From Azolla caroliniana (taxonomy: Eukaryota > Plantae > Polypodiophyta), in NCBI GenBank assembly GCA_043228905.1, contig JBHGNT010000001.1:15004001-15068000 (forward strand): a stretch of DNA of 64,000 nt, given 5' to 3'. Positions within the stretch are counted from its first letter, which is position 1; each line of letters begins with the position of its first letter. The translations under genes were made by a program, and so were the position numbers. Below are positions 25,125-38,482 of the stretch, in pieces. Under the pieces are notes generated by a model. The model did no database searches, had not been told where the DNA came from, and saw only the letters and a program-made list of their open reading frames with translations.

Positions 25125-25889
25125 ATGGAAAGGGTTGTTGAATACGTGCTTAAGGTTCAAAAAAGTCCCTCATCGACTTCCTAGAATTGCATGGGAAGCA
25201 ACCAAAAACATCCAAAACATGCATAAAAGCAAAATTTTGTGTTCCGGTTGGATGCAAGATATAGAAAAATGGTTTGGTAGATGGAATACGAGACAGTTGC
25301 TTCATGATGCATCATTAGATTTCTCAGTAAATGAGGCCTTTTTGCAACACCAATGTATCATGACATGGGACAAATGTGGAGGCTCACGCTTCACACATTA
25401 TACAACACATGTTGCACCTAACTACAAAACCATATTCGTTGCGGAACGGGGAAATCATACACATCGATACATGTTAGAGCCCATACGGTTATCTACCATT
25501 CGAACCACTGCATCCATGCGACTTAGTTCACATGCATTGCAATGTGAGACAAGGAATTGGGGCACAAGTGATGAGAGTGGTCGGCTATGCACACTTTGAC
25601 CTAAACAAGTTCGCAAGTCTGAGTATCACACTTTGATACAATGCTCTGCCTTTGATCATATTCGACCATGCTTTCCACATCTCTTCGACCGAGCCGAATT
25701 CTTGCATGAATTCCTCTCACAACCACAATGTGCACTCTCAATTGCAACATTTCTTGGTAAAGTTCTTGAACATCGAGAGTCACTACTCAGTCTTACACGT
25801 ATCACGTGAAATATAATGTTTTTTGTCTCATAGGTCGTATTTGACCTCCGAAGACGATAATATAATCTATTTATCTATCTATCTATCTC
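25125..25889 (+). mobile_element. 3' fragment of the same LINE family as 17130-19568
   Basis: Closely matches 18807-19568, including the (CTAT)n tail. Confidence 0.9.
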
Positions 25890-28708
25890 TCCTCACTCAC
25901 CTCGCCATCACAGACGCTCTACTACTCAAACCTTGCCTCTGAAACGTTCCCCTTGGTCATCTCAATCCATCCCCGAAGAGCTGACGATTTACATCTCCCC
26001 AACCCTATGGCGGTGGCTCCACGACAAAGGCCTTGTAGGCTACATCCGAGTGGCAAAGGCACCGCCTCACCGTAACGCACAAGAGATGGCAAGGAAACTA
26101 AATATCGACACCATTATAAATTCCAACATCATGAAGAAGTTGGGCCTGTCCGGAGATGGGGAACGCCCCTTCACGATCCCTCCAGCAAGGGAGCTCGAGC
26201 ACTACTTTGGGGAATACTCCATCTCGGCCAAAACCTACAAGACGCGGGATGCGCCTGATCCGTTCTTTCAAGAAGTCGCAAAGTTCTTACTCAAAGTAGG
26301 TTGCGTACACACCAATACGTATGGGATGCCTAAACAGAAAGCGGGCATCGTCATCGTGACTTTCAAAGGACAGGGCATAGATTGGTGAGTTACAACAAGG
26401 TCGGTGTAGCGAGAAGGATTTGATGCGTTCCAGGTCAGGAAGAAACTTCGCCCCATCATCCAAGGGTATTTAACAATATTGTTTCTGCCCCAGGCCCTCC
26501 CCGCCCCTATAATGGCCCGATCGATGGTCACGCCACGACCAACGGAACGGAAAGTCGCCAAACTCGCCACAACTGAGCGGGAGGAGGACGAAAATACACA
26601 GGTTACGGAACCGGTAGCCTCAGAGGCCGAAAAACAACCTAACCCCGCCCCCTGAGTTGAAACGTAGCCTGATGTAGTTACATTGGTCAAACAAGACCAT
26701 GCCCCAAATAGCGTGAAGACCAGACGCCGCTGACTAGACCAGAAGGATGGTCGCAGACTTGTTAAGGATATGGCTACAAAAACTGAGACCCCCGCCATAA
26801 TCGGGGCTGTGACGACACTAGAAGTGATTCCGCACCCACGGCCAATCTTCACCAGACAATCAGAATAAGGTAAGGGCGTATTCACATATGAAGTGGAAGT
26901 ATTGAGCTACCCAGATATTCCAGACACGTCACATGAATTTGGGGCTCTCTTTGCAACTCATGGAGCTCCTAGTTACATAGCAGATCAAGGTCTCCCAACG
27001 CATGGTAGAAGAGCACGCCATACGCCAAATGATCGAATGCGCATTGACTCAAATAGTTGTCTAGGGTTGGATGAAAGAGAAACGCCATCGTTGGCCAGAT
27101 GGGCATCGAACTACCCCCACTAAATATGGCCTTAGTCGGAGTACATAGGGAGCTTTGTGGTGGTTATCATTGGCGCCAAGGATATTACGACAAAAAACAA
27201 AAATCAATGGAAGACTATTAAGATAACACAATAACAACTGGAAAAGACACAACAGAGGATTTCGGAACTCGAAAATGGCGTACCAACATGGGCGGAACCT
27301 ACTCCCACCCCCGCTTCCCAGACATCTGAACTTCAATCGCTATGGGAAGAGGGGGAAGCCCAAGCGGCGATCACGGCCAAAGCAAAGCGCGCCACAAAGC
27401 TGGCCGAAATGGAAATTGAATGCCTCCGGTCAAACTTCAACAATACTTGGACAGAGAGGCGGATATCTGGGCCAAGGCACACAAGACCGTAAAAGCATTG
27501 AAGGAGAAACTGGACACAAAGATCGTTGCGTACGCGTTAACAACGAGGGAACTGAACAAGTAGAAGGAGGAGCTGGTCCGGAAAGAAGGCATCATCACAT
27601 CAATGCAAGAGCCAGTGTAGAAGAAGAAGGCATGGTACGATGAAGAGATCGAGAACCAACAACAGGTAATTTGAAATGTCGAGATATGCCTCAATAACGA
27701 GATGGGCAGACTGGAGGCACTCCACGAGAAGGAGTCGCATATTTGGTAGGGAGTAAAAACTCATTACGAAGAAGCAGCGATTGCATATCAACGACAAATT
27801 GCATACCTCCAAAATGCTCTTGATGACTTACAAGCACGCACGAACCTTAGCATGGAGCGCATTCCCACACTCCTCGAAACAAAGCAAGACTGGTTTACGG
27901 CCCAGTTACAACGGCCCTAAATAGAGTTTGGGCTGGGTGGGCGGCACAAGCGGTTGAGCTCCACACATACTAGGCCGATTGGGAGAACCGCCGAAAGGAA
28001 GGGAAAGGCTCCTACAAATTGAGCAAGGAAAGCATTGCTATGGTCCGAGAAGACCTTACCCAAGACTACCAAGCCCTAGTCGACTGCCACACCGAGGAGA
28101 TAACACATTTGCTAAGCGCTTTCGGTGATAGCCACATTGATACCTCAATCCCACTACAAGCTATCAAAGCAAAACAAAGGAGAACAGAGGAGGAAAGAGC
28201 CATGGCCACATCCATCCGGACAGTGACCCCGTGGATTAGAACAAAGGTACGCAAGAAAATGACGACACCCCAGAGGGTACTACGACACAGTAACCTCTAC
28301 TATACCCCCGCAGGCACCAACACGGATGATGACGTATGGAGGCAATCACGGGAAACACTACGGGAGTTTCCCACCAATGACCAACATGAGGACACCACAG
28401 AGCAGGCACCAACACAAGCAGTGGTGTCGGAATCAACAAAGCGTGGACACCTATTAGGACCTGTCACCACGGAACCAAGCCCACAGTTGGAGTCCGACCT
28501 CGCCGAACCAATTAACGTCGCGGCAACTCTCGTCCTGACTAGTAGGGGCGATCACCTAAAACCCAATCTCCTTGATATTTTCGACGAGAAATAAAGGGTG
28601 ATAGTGGGTCCGACTTGCTCCGACCCTATCCCACAGGCGTACCATGTGTTGGTTGCCTCCAATGACCAAGTGTGAAACGCCGAAGTGGAGAGGACAAAGC
28701 GAAGCGGA
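25890..28708 (+). mobile_element. 3' part of a Gypsy element (gypsy-B): long decayed extra ORF, tRNA-like motif and start of the 3' LTR (TGTTGG at 28647)
   Basis: ORF pieces 25933-28594 with a coiled-coil-like middle; homologous to the gypsy-A extra ORF; same terminal motif. Confidence 0.7.
28604..28644 (+). other. tRNA-3'-end-like motif at the PPT position (copy B)
   Basis: GTGGG TCCGAC TTGC TCCG ACCC TAT CCCAC AGGCGT A CCA, followed by TG and then TGTTGG. Confidence 0.75.
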
Positions 28709-31700
28709 CAACCATTGGCACCATTTCTTTTCCTTCTATTTGGGAAAGATCTATCATATTTTCTTAGATCCTAGACGGCGGCCATCCAAGTGTCGAATAC
28801 AAGTGTATAATGGCCGTATTCACACTGTCCCTTTGGACAACCCAAGTTCGGGCTATTTCTGTAAATAGCATAAAGGACAGTTGCCCTAGGATAGTCACTA
28901 TATAAAGTGACTTTGTAACCTTTAGTGAAGGTTGGTTGTCATTTGTATCTGTTGTTATTAGAATATAACGTTTCCTTTGTGCCTCTCTCTCTCTCTCCCT
29001 CTGTGTCTATCTTGCTCGTGCATACATAGGTTCTTCTTCATCATGAATGTTGCTTGCACTTTCGCATTGACAGCCTTGTCCCCAACATTTGGTATTAGAG
29101 CGTTGGAGGTTCTTCAACCCGCTGCAGGCTGTCATCGCACAACACAACATTCTGTTTTCGTTTTCTTTGAAGAACAGAGAAGGGAGAAGAAAAACAAAAA
29201 GCTCGCATCTCATTGTGTTAAATCAAAAATTGGAGTAAGCTAGTTGGTTGTACTCTGTTCCTGTGATTGTAACCGATAGAGGGGAGCTCCTTGAGCAACA
29301 ACCTACCCAATCTTGCATCATTCGGTTAAACAACATCCGAATAGGTCACCGAACGCTATTCATCCACTTGATGTAACCACCCGCTGCAGATTGGTCTCTT
29401 GGCAACAACCACTTCGTGCTTCAATCGGTCGATCGACATTCAGGAGGATCAGTTGGATCCATACCTCTCATCGTTGCAATCATCCGAAGCAAAATCGGCC
29501 CAAACAATCGGTTTCGTGTAATCGGTATTCGGCATACAATCGGAAGCTAACCGGGCTCACTTCGACTCGGTAACATTCAAGAAGACCAGCCGGTTCTGTC
29601 CCGGAGTCACTCTGAGCGAGTTCAGCAACAAGTATCTGAAACCAAACCGACTCGGGTTCAAAACCGACTAGAACGATATCGGGTGAGCCGACCGGCTGCA
29701 CCCCTCTAAGGTTCGTAGTCAACTCCGAACTGAGTCTTACCAACCGAAACCGAAGCCGATGGCATCAACATTCGGCTCATCGGAGATGAGTGTAAGGAGG
29801 TTCGACGGTTAGAACTTCAACTTCTGGAAGGAACAAATGCAGGACTATCTCATAGTCAAGGGTCAGATAGACCCGATTGAGAATGAAAATTCTCCAGAAG
29901 CATTCAAGGCAAACGAGTGGCTAAAGCTAGACAGAATCGTCCGCGCCATGATTCGGATGCACTTGTCGGAGTCAATGTACTTCACAGTGCAATCATGCAC
30001 GACAACGTTTGAACTTTGGAAAACACTTTCAGAAACTTATGAAAAGAAGGTTGCCGCAACGAAGATGTATCTGATCCGGCGCCTCTACAACTTGCAGATG
30101 AAAGAATTTGATTCGGTTCAGGCACACCTCAATGAGTACGAAAGCATAAGCTCCCAAATCTCGTCTCAATGGACGGCAATCGAGGATGAACTCAGAGCAA
30201 TGATACTCATGAGTAGTCTCCCCTCTTCATGGGAAACTTTCATTAAAACCGCGTGCAATGCTTCAACAGCTGCCATTAAGTACTCCGAGGTCACGAGCGC
30301 AATCCTCACTGAAGCAGCTCGAAGAAAGTCTTTCGCCAAAGACTCGGCAGATGAAGCTTACGTAGTACATGGTTCGACCGACCGATCAAACAACCAGGGA
30401 AGAAGTTCTTCCCGACCGCCGAACAATCAGCGAAGCTGGAGCAAGTCCCGGGACAACCAAATCTGCAACTACTGCAAGAAACCGGGACACATCAAAGCCG
30501 ACTATCCGGCACTCAAAGAAAAAACCGACAAAGCTCAGAGAGTGGATCAGAAGAGTAGCTGGCATGAGGAGGTCAACTACGTCGGCTCTTCAACTGAAAT
30601 TTTGACGACCGACCCGAACATACTGTCCATAGAGAACCCAGTCGAATCAGAAGTTCTGCTTACAATTGAGGAATCGAGCACATGGCTCTTGGACTTGGGC
30701 GCATCTTATCATGTGACACCTCACCGATCACAGTTTCGGCAATACTTGGACTCGCACTCTGACTCAGTTCGAGTCGGCAACTCGCAACATTGTGCTATAA
30801 TTAGAATTGGCACCGTAGAGCTCAATCTTCCGGGAGGCTCTACACTCGTACTACACAACGTTCAACACGTTCCTGAGCTTTCAAGGCCCTTGATCTCAGT
30901 CGGACAACTTGACGAAGCCGGCATCCGTGCCAGATTCTCATCAAGAGGGTGGACACTCCACAAAGGGAACCTCTTGCTTGCTCGAGGACCGAAGGCACAC
31001 TCTTTGTACCCTTTATATGTCACACTCAAAGAGGGTGACTTATTTTTTCTTGATATCCCCGTGTCATCGTTATGGCACGGACGACTTGGACACCTCAACA
31101 AGGTCGGCATAACGCACCTATCCAGAGCCGGTTACATCCCCAAGCTCTCCTTCTCGGATCACCAATTCTGCAAGCATTGCTAATACGGAAAACAAGTAGC
31201 CGTATCACATCCGACATCAGCACCAAGAGAATCGAGTCCCCTCGATTTGGTTCACTCAGACGTTTGTGGCCCGATGCCACATCAGTCTCTCGGCGGTGCT
31301 TTGTACTTCATCAGTTAAATTGAAGACTCGACTCGGAAGGTGTGGGCTTATCCCATCCAAACCAAAGATCGGGTGTTCTCGATCTTCTCCGAATGGCTTA
31401 CAATGGTCGAAAATCAAACCGGTTGGAAACTGAAATGTCTCCGAACCGACAATGGAGGAGAATTCAAGTCTGAAGAATTCGTTAAATTTTGCCGCAAACA
31501 CGGCATTCGACGTGAATATACGGCATCCTTTAGTCTAGAGCAAAATCGAATTGCTGAACACATGAATCAGACGATTAAAGAATGCGTAGTATCCATGCTC
31601 CAACACTCCCGACTGTCGGATGGCTTCTGGGCGGAGGCTCTACTTACGGCAGTACACATAATAAATATGTCGCCAAGTAGACCTCTAGGACTTCAAATAC

Positions 31701-34410
31701 CTCAGGAAATATGGACTGGCAATAAGCCGAATTATGACAAACTGAGGATCTTCGGTTGCGAGGCATAAGCTCTCATTCCGAAAGAAGACCACCGGAAACT
31801 CGAACAAAGGTCAAGGAAATGTGTTTTTCTTGGATATGGACCCGATGGCGAGATCGGATACCACCTCTAGGACCCCGAGCACAGACAAATCGTCCAAAGT
31901 TCGGACGTCGTATTCAACGAGTCGGTTATGCATAAAACGGTCGAAAGGCCTATTGAAGTCAGAAGGGTAATATTTTCCGGAGTGCCAACCCTTCATGACG
32001 GCCCAGCCTACAACACGAGATCGGTTTCACAGGTAACTGACAACTCTCGCACTGAATCCACCGATTCGGCACAGCCGAATGGCTCCACTCCCGACCATCC
32101 GACATTGACACCCGGTGCAACTAGTCCAGTCATACCTCGCAGATCCAAGAGACTGTCACAACCTCCGGAGAGGTACTCTCCTGGAATTTTCTTTACCGAC
32201 GCCGGTGAACTGACGTCCTACGAAGAAGCATCGGCATCTGCCGATTTAGCCACATGGCATCTGGCGATGGAGTCGGAAATGCACTCCATTCAGGCAAACA
32301 AGACTTGGGACTTGGTTGAATTACCGAAGAATCGACGTGCTCTTCCATGTAAGTGGGTCTATCGACTAAAAGAGACGTCCGACTCGACCACCCCAAAGTA
32401 CAAGGCCAGATTAGTTGTGAAGGGATTTAGACAAGAATATGGCGTGGACTTCGACAAAATCTTTTCACCAGTGGTGAAAATGACGACCCTCCATTTCATG
32501 CTCGGCGTCGTGGCCGCCGACAACTTGGAGCTGATTTAGCTAGATGTAAAAACGACATTCCTCTACGGTGACCTAGAGGACGAAATCTATATGGAGCAAC
32601 CGAAAGGCTTTGTGGTATCCGGCCAGGAACATCTAGTCTGCCGACTCAGGAAGAGTTTATACGGCCTGAAACAAGCACCCCGACAGTGGTACAAGAAGTT
32701 CGACGACTTCATCCAGTTAGTCGGCTTCTCCAAGAGCGATGAGGACCATTGTCTCTTCACCAAAACAGCTCAAGACGGCTCTCCTGTCTTCTTCATCATC
32801 TATGTGGACGACATGCTACTCTTCGGTTGGCATGCCGGAGAGCTCACCGAACTCGTTCGACAACTGCGGTTGAAGTTTTCCATGAAGGACCTCGTTCTGG
32901 CAAGACACATACTTGGTATGAAGATTAGTCAGTATCGCGATACACGACAACTTTTCTTGTCTCAAACCGACTACATCGGACGTGTCTTAGAACGCTTCAA
33001 CATGCAATCGGCCAAGTCAGCTTCGACCCCGCTCCCCATTCACCTTCGGTTGTCTCAGCGAGATTGTCTGACACCCGGTCCGGAGGGGGAAGATATGAAG
33101 TCGGTACCGTATGCATTGGCAGTTGGCTCCCTCATGTACGCGATGGTCGTGACACGACCTGATATTTCTCACGCGGTAGGAGTCATCGGCAGATTCATGC
33201 ACAACCCCGGCCGATCGCACTAGAACGCAGTCAAGCATGTGTTCAGATATTTAGCTTGCACAAAAGACCACGCCATTCTTTTCGGCCTGAACTCAACCTT
33301 AAGCATAGTCGGTTACACCGACTCGGACTTCGCCGGTTGTGTGGACAGTCGGAAATCAACAACCGGATACTCTTTCAAATTCGACAATGAAGCAATCTCG
33401 TGGAAGTCAAAACTTCAGGAGTGCACAGCCACCTCAATGACCGAAGCGGAATATGTAGCTGCGTCCGACGCAGCAAAAGAAGCTTTATGGCTCGGTCAGC
33501 TGGCGCACACGTTTCGACAGGTCGACTCCGACTAGGCACCAATTGTCTACAGCGACAATGAGGGTGTTGTTGCTTTGTCAAAAACTCTTGTTCACCACAA
33601 CGCCTCTAAGCATATCGACGTTCGATATCACTTCGTTTGGGACTACGTCATTTCAAGGAAAATTGGTCTCGAGAAGATATCCACAACCGATAATGTCGCA
33701 GATGGAATGACCAAGTGTCTTTCGGCGGATCGTTTCCAGTCCCTTCGGCACCAGATGGGTGTAACGAAAAATCGGGCCGATTAAAGTCGAACACACAGCA
33801 TAGGATGGTTTCGGACCACCGACATCGGTTCTCTAAGGATCGGCTTCAGCTGTTCCGACTCGACCGGTTCGGTCCTCTGCCTCCGGATCTTGCCGACTCA
33901 GACAAAACCGATCTGTCCGATAAACCTTGTATATATACCTGTAATTCTTTAAGATAACCCATGTATACGCCCATTATGGGGGAGTGTCGAATACGAGTGT
34001 ATAATGGCCTTATTCACACTATCCCTTTGGACAGCCCAAGTTCGAGCTATTTCTGTAAATAGCATAAAGGGCAGTTGCCCTAGGATAGTCACTATATAAA
34101 GTGACTTTGTAACCTTTAGTGAAGGTTGGTTGTCATTTGTAACTGTTGCTATTAGAATATAATGTTTCCTTTGTGCCTCTCTCTCTCTCTCTCCCTCTAT
34201 GTCTATCTTGCTCGTGCATACACAGGTTCTTCTTCATCACGAATGTTGCTTGCACTTTCGCATTGACGGCCTTGTCCCCAACACCAAGCAATAGCCTTAC
34301 CTATTGCAAACTCGACAGTTCTTGATGCTAAGTTTGCAGATGACACTGCTCTTTATATTCATGGAGATGTTATTAATCTTGATTGGGTACAGAATGCTTT
34401 GCAGATATTC
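28709..34410 (+). pseudogene. Short L1-like RT fragment (28709-28790 plus 34289-34410) split by copia-3
   Basis: Joined across the insertion it reads PLAPFLF...AIQAIALP...DAKFADDTALY. Confidence 0.65.
28791..34283 (+). mobile_element. Full-length Ty1/copia element (copia-3), pseudogenised
   Basis: LTRs 28791-29087 and 33985-34283 (~13 substitutions by eye); TSD CCAAG; Met-type PBS TGGTATTAGAGC (29090-29101); PPT GGGGGAG; gag-PR-IN-RT-RH at ~29760-33784 with several stops. Confidence 0.96.
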
Positions 34411-36060
34411 CGTAGCATAGCCTATGTGCATGTGCCAAATGAGAAGCAGAGAACGCTGGACCCGAAGTCTGAGAAGTACATCTTTGTTGACTACTCACAT
34501 GAGCAAAAGGGTTATAAGTGTTATAACCCCCGAACAAAACAAGTTCAAGTGAGGCGAGATGATGAGTCGGCATCATGGAACTCTCTCCCGACTCCGATGT
34601 CCGACTCCGACCCGATTCCAGAGGATGAGGCCAATGAGTCCGAAATGATCCAGGGAGAAGATGAAGAAGGATTTGGTACTCTACATGAGAGTCTGATCTC
34701 ATTCCGGCTAAGTGGGCCCAATGAGTGACTGAGTCAGAATGACCAGTTTAATAAAGAGTAAGCGAGTTGTATAGACTCGGTCCTCATCTCCCCGCGCAAG
34801 GAATCGAGGAGATGGTTCACGCGCAAAAGGAAGGGGAAAAGGAAGATGCCAGAATTCGCCACCGGCAGAGAGTAGTCAGATTGGAGCGAATTCGACTTCG
34901 AAAAGAACGAAGATGGACCTTCGGGAATGAAGTTCGAACCGACCACGAGGGACTTGAAATTGGCTAATGAGAAGTTACGTCGATTCACCCGCCAGAAGAA
35001 CCCCGTGAAAAGGTATGGGTACAATGAGTACATGGCACATCATTATGCCTACATGACGAAAGTCACGGTAGTGGGTGAGGCAGAGAGCTACATAGAAGCT
35101 GCGAAGGACAGAAATTGGCGTGCCGCTATGGAGGAAGAGATGCACACAGTGAAGGAAAAAGAGACGTGGGATTTAGTGAACGTACCAAAAAGAGTGAAGC
35201 CGATTGATTACCGATGGGTATACAAGGTTAAATACAACACCGACGGCTCCGGTCACGAAGATGACGACTATCCGTGTCCTTCTTGCAGTGGTTGTGGCGA
35301 AGGGGTGGCATCTACATCAGATGGATGTGAAAAACGCATTCCTACAAGGTGATCTTGAGGAATAGGTGTTTATGGTTAAGCTCTCGTATTTCAATTAGGA
35401 GTGAATACATTGGCAGTGTGTTGGTTGAAGAAGTTCCTCTATGGACTCAAGCAAGCCCCGTGTGCCTGGAACACAAAGATCATCTAGAGACTGTGTCGGA
35501 TGAGGTTTGCTCCGCTAAAATCAAACTCTTCTCTCTTCATTCGGCACGGTCAGAATGGGCTAGTTAGTATTTTACTTTATGTTGATGATTTAGTCATCTT
35601 CGGCGCCAACCTGGACGAAATCGGTCGCGTCAAATTTGAAGTTGCAGCATCGTTTGACATGAAGGATCTTGGGGACCTTCATTACTTCCTCAGGATCAAA
35701 GTGATCCATACGCCGGAAGGCATACTGATCAGTCAAGGCCATTATGTGTTGAGTATGCACTTCAAATTCAGTATGACAGAATACAAATCCATCTTGACCC
35801 CTCTGGACTGAAATATAAAGCTTCGCCCCAACTCCAAAATGGCATGCGACTCGAAAAGATTCTGACAAATCATCCGAAGCCTTATATATTTGACCATCAC
35901 CTGCCCAGACCTCAGCTATTCGGTCGGATTGATTAGTCAATTTATGGCGCATCTGACTATGCAGCATCTTCCGTGCACGCACCGAATATTCAGGTATGTT
36001 CGCGGCAATAAGGACCAAGGGTTGCTATATCGAACCGGGGTAGCTGAACAACTTCTTGAC
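34400..36060 (+). mobile_element. Copia-4 (copia-1 family), integrase end and RT fragment
   Basis: QKGYKCYNPRTK, WRAAMEEE, WVYKVK and ILLYVDDL motifs; the same family's tail resumes at 55706. Confidence 0.85.
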
Positions 36061-36959
36061 TACGAGCACTTTCTGTTGTAACCTCCGTCTGGCGAAGATC
36101 GCGAGAACGAAGTCGTTCCCTCTATGTTTCCACTTTGTATTTCCTCTCATATAGTGATAGTTGGAGTCCGTGGGCTCCTGTGGTTTTTCTCGTTTAGGGT
36201 TTTCCACGTAAACATCTTGTGTCATCTCGTTTTAGTCTGTTCTCTTCTATTCCTTGTTGAAGACTCGGTTGTGGCTGAGTGCTATTTCCGCACAAACTGG
36301 TATCAGAGTGAACAACACAAGAAATGGTAGAGTCGCTCGGCAGCATGTTCAAGCTCACCGGCTCCAACTACTCACTCTGGAAGTCGAGGATGAGGGACAT
36401 TCTCGTGGTCAACGATCTTTGGTTGCCGGTACAGTTCGAGGACAAGAAACTGGACAAGATCAATGTTGTTACCGTACGAGATGTACGGGTGATTGATAAG
36501 TGTGATAAGTGAGGGTGAAAGATGTAATGTTTTCATATGTATGTGTAATGTTATACGATTATGAGTGTGAATGTAAGTGTGAGTGTGGTTGATACAAAGA
36601 GGTGCGAGTGAGTGACTAGGTGTGAATGCCAAGGGAGTTTGCACCCTTGTGTATCTACCCCTTTGTACCTATTTAAGCCCTCATTGGGGAATGAATGAAT
36701 AGAATGATCAGTTCTCTCTCTCTCTCTCTCTCTCCCCCTTAACGTTGAACCCCCTTGGGAGGGGGGTGGAGCCATTCTAGGCACCACCCCGCAATGCTTC
36801 TCAATGCTTGTTAACATCTTCATCATCTCTCTCACCATCATACCATTCATCATGTCACTATTACACCATGTTTATCTTTATCATCAGTCATCATCATTAT
36901 CATAAATATTAACCCTAACCCTAAAACCGACAGTCGAAGAAAGATTATGACCAAGGCAT

Positions 36960-36999
36960 GTGGGATCAACGTGCAAGGCACTATCCCACAGGCGTGCCA
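36960..36999 (+). other. tRNA-3'-end-like motif (copy C1)
   Basis: GTGGG ATCAAC GTGC AAG GCAC TAT CCCAC AGGCGT G CCA, 5 nt before the LTR. Confidence 0.78.
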
Positions 37000-37204
37000 T
37001 ATTGTGTTACCATACGAGATGTACGGGTGATTGATAAGTGTGATAAGTGAGTGTGAAAGATGTAATATGTTGATATGTATGTGTAATGTTATACGATTAT
37101 GAGTGTGAATGTAACTGTGAGTGTGGTTGATACAAAGAGGGATGAGGATGAATGGTAATGGTGTAATAGTGAAAATGATGGAGAGTATAATGGTGAGAAA
37201 GAAA

Positions 37205-38092
37205 GAAAGAAATATTAACATCTTCTAAGGCCAAAATTGGCCCATGAGACAAATGGTTTATAACGAAAAATGGGATACTTACCCATTCATCGAGAGTAGA
37301 AAATAAATAAAAATAAGATAAAATAGAGTTTAAGCTAAATAGTTGTAGTAAAATAATAAACATGTTCTATATAAAAATCATGTTCTACAATGAAAATGTT
37401 ATACTAGGACTAATTTCATTTCCATCCAAGTCTCTCGAAGAGAAGCGGGAGGTCAAAGGGTTGCGATGTGGATGTGGCCCGTGATGTCAATGTAAAAGGT
37501 ACCCCAACCATAGCTTCTAGTTGATGTAGCTCACGTTCCCTTATCTTCTTAATCTTTTCTACTCCACGTCGACTTGTTTTGAAGCCCAACATCCCAGGGC
37601 GTTTAGTTGTTCTTTGCATTTCTACTTCCTCTAAGTGAGAGGGCGAGCGGCGTAAGTGTATCCACATTCATCGTCTCCCCTTGTTCCTGAAAATTTCATT
37701 AGTTACATGTTGATGAATAGTAAAAGGGTTATGGTTAACACACTGTAATTTATTCTCCCTATGTTGTTCTAGCTCTAAAATACACCTACCTAGTCTCTTT
37801 ACAGTTGGGGTATCTAATAGTTTGGAGAGGGTCCTAATATGTCTTGGCATTCCGCCCGTATCTCGGCATAAGTTGGGCACTTGCATGTGAACTGATGCTC
37901 ATCCTCTATCTCTATGTGGCATAACCTACATAGCCTTTCCTCTCTAGGGACTCTATTAGCCCAACCATTGTCAATCTCAAGTTCGGGAGATGATATCCTC
38001 AGTTGTCCAATGGCCACCCTTAGTGTATTTGATAAGAACGTATCTAGATATCTTGGTCGTGTAGTAAAACCTAACTTAGAGAAGTGCAAGCA
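37205..38092 (-). mobile_element. 3' fragment of a second LINE family inserted in an LTR
   Basis: LRISSPELEIDNG...REERLCRLC..EIEDEH....C motif; the LTR sequence resumes on both sides. Confidence 0.75.
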
Positions 38093-38412
38093 TGAAGGCC
38101 AAGAAAAGCATTGAGGGGTGGGGGGTGGTGCCTAGAATGGCTCCACCCCCCTCCCAAGGGGGTTCAACATAAGGGAAGAGAGAGAGAGAGAGAGATGACA
38201 AGAGAGAGAGATTGAGAGAGAAAATGTTCCTTGTGTTCATTCATTCATTCACACCTAGTCACTCACTCACACCTCTTTGTATCAATCACAACCACACTTA
38301 CATTCACACTCATAATCGTATAACATTACACATACATATCAACAGATTAAATCTTTCACCCTCACTTATCACACTTATCAATCACCCATACATCTCGTAC
38401 GGTAACACAATA

Positions 38413-38452
38413 TGGTATGCCCATCGGAGAGTGCCTTGCACGTCGATCCCAC
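38413..38452 (-). other. tRNA-3'-end-like motif (copy C3)
   Basis: The rc reads GTGGG ATCGAC GTGC AAG GCAC TCT CCGAT GGGCAT A CCA; it lies downstream of the minus-strand RT-RH fragment. Confidence 0.72.
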
Positions 38453-38482
38453 ATGCCTTGATCATAATCTTTCTTCGATCGG

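Noticed and set aside
36960-36999. Functional tRNA gene, or an ordinary PBS of a minus-strand element
   Set aside because: There is no D-arm, anticodon arm or 5' acceptor strand. Homologous copies lie downstream of pol or the extra ORF in gypsy-A, gypsy-B and copy C3, and gypsy-A has a separate PBS.
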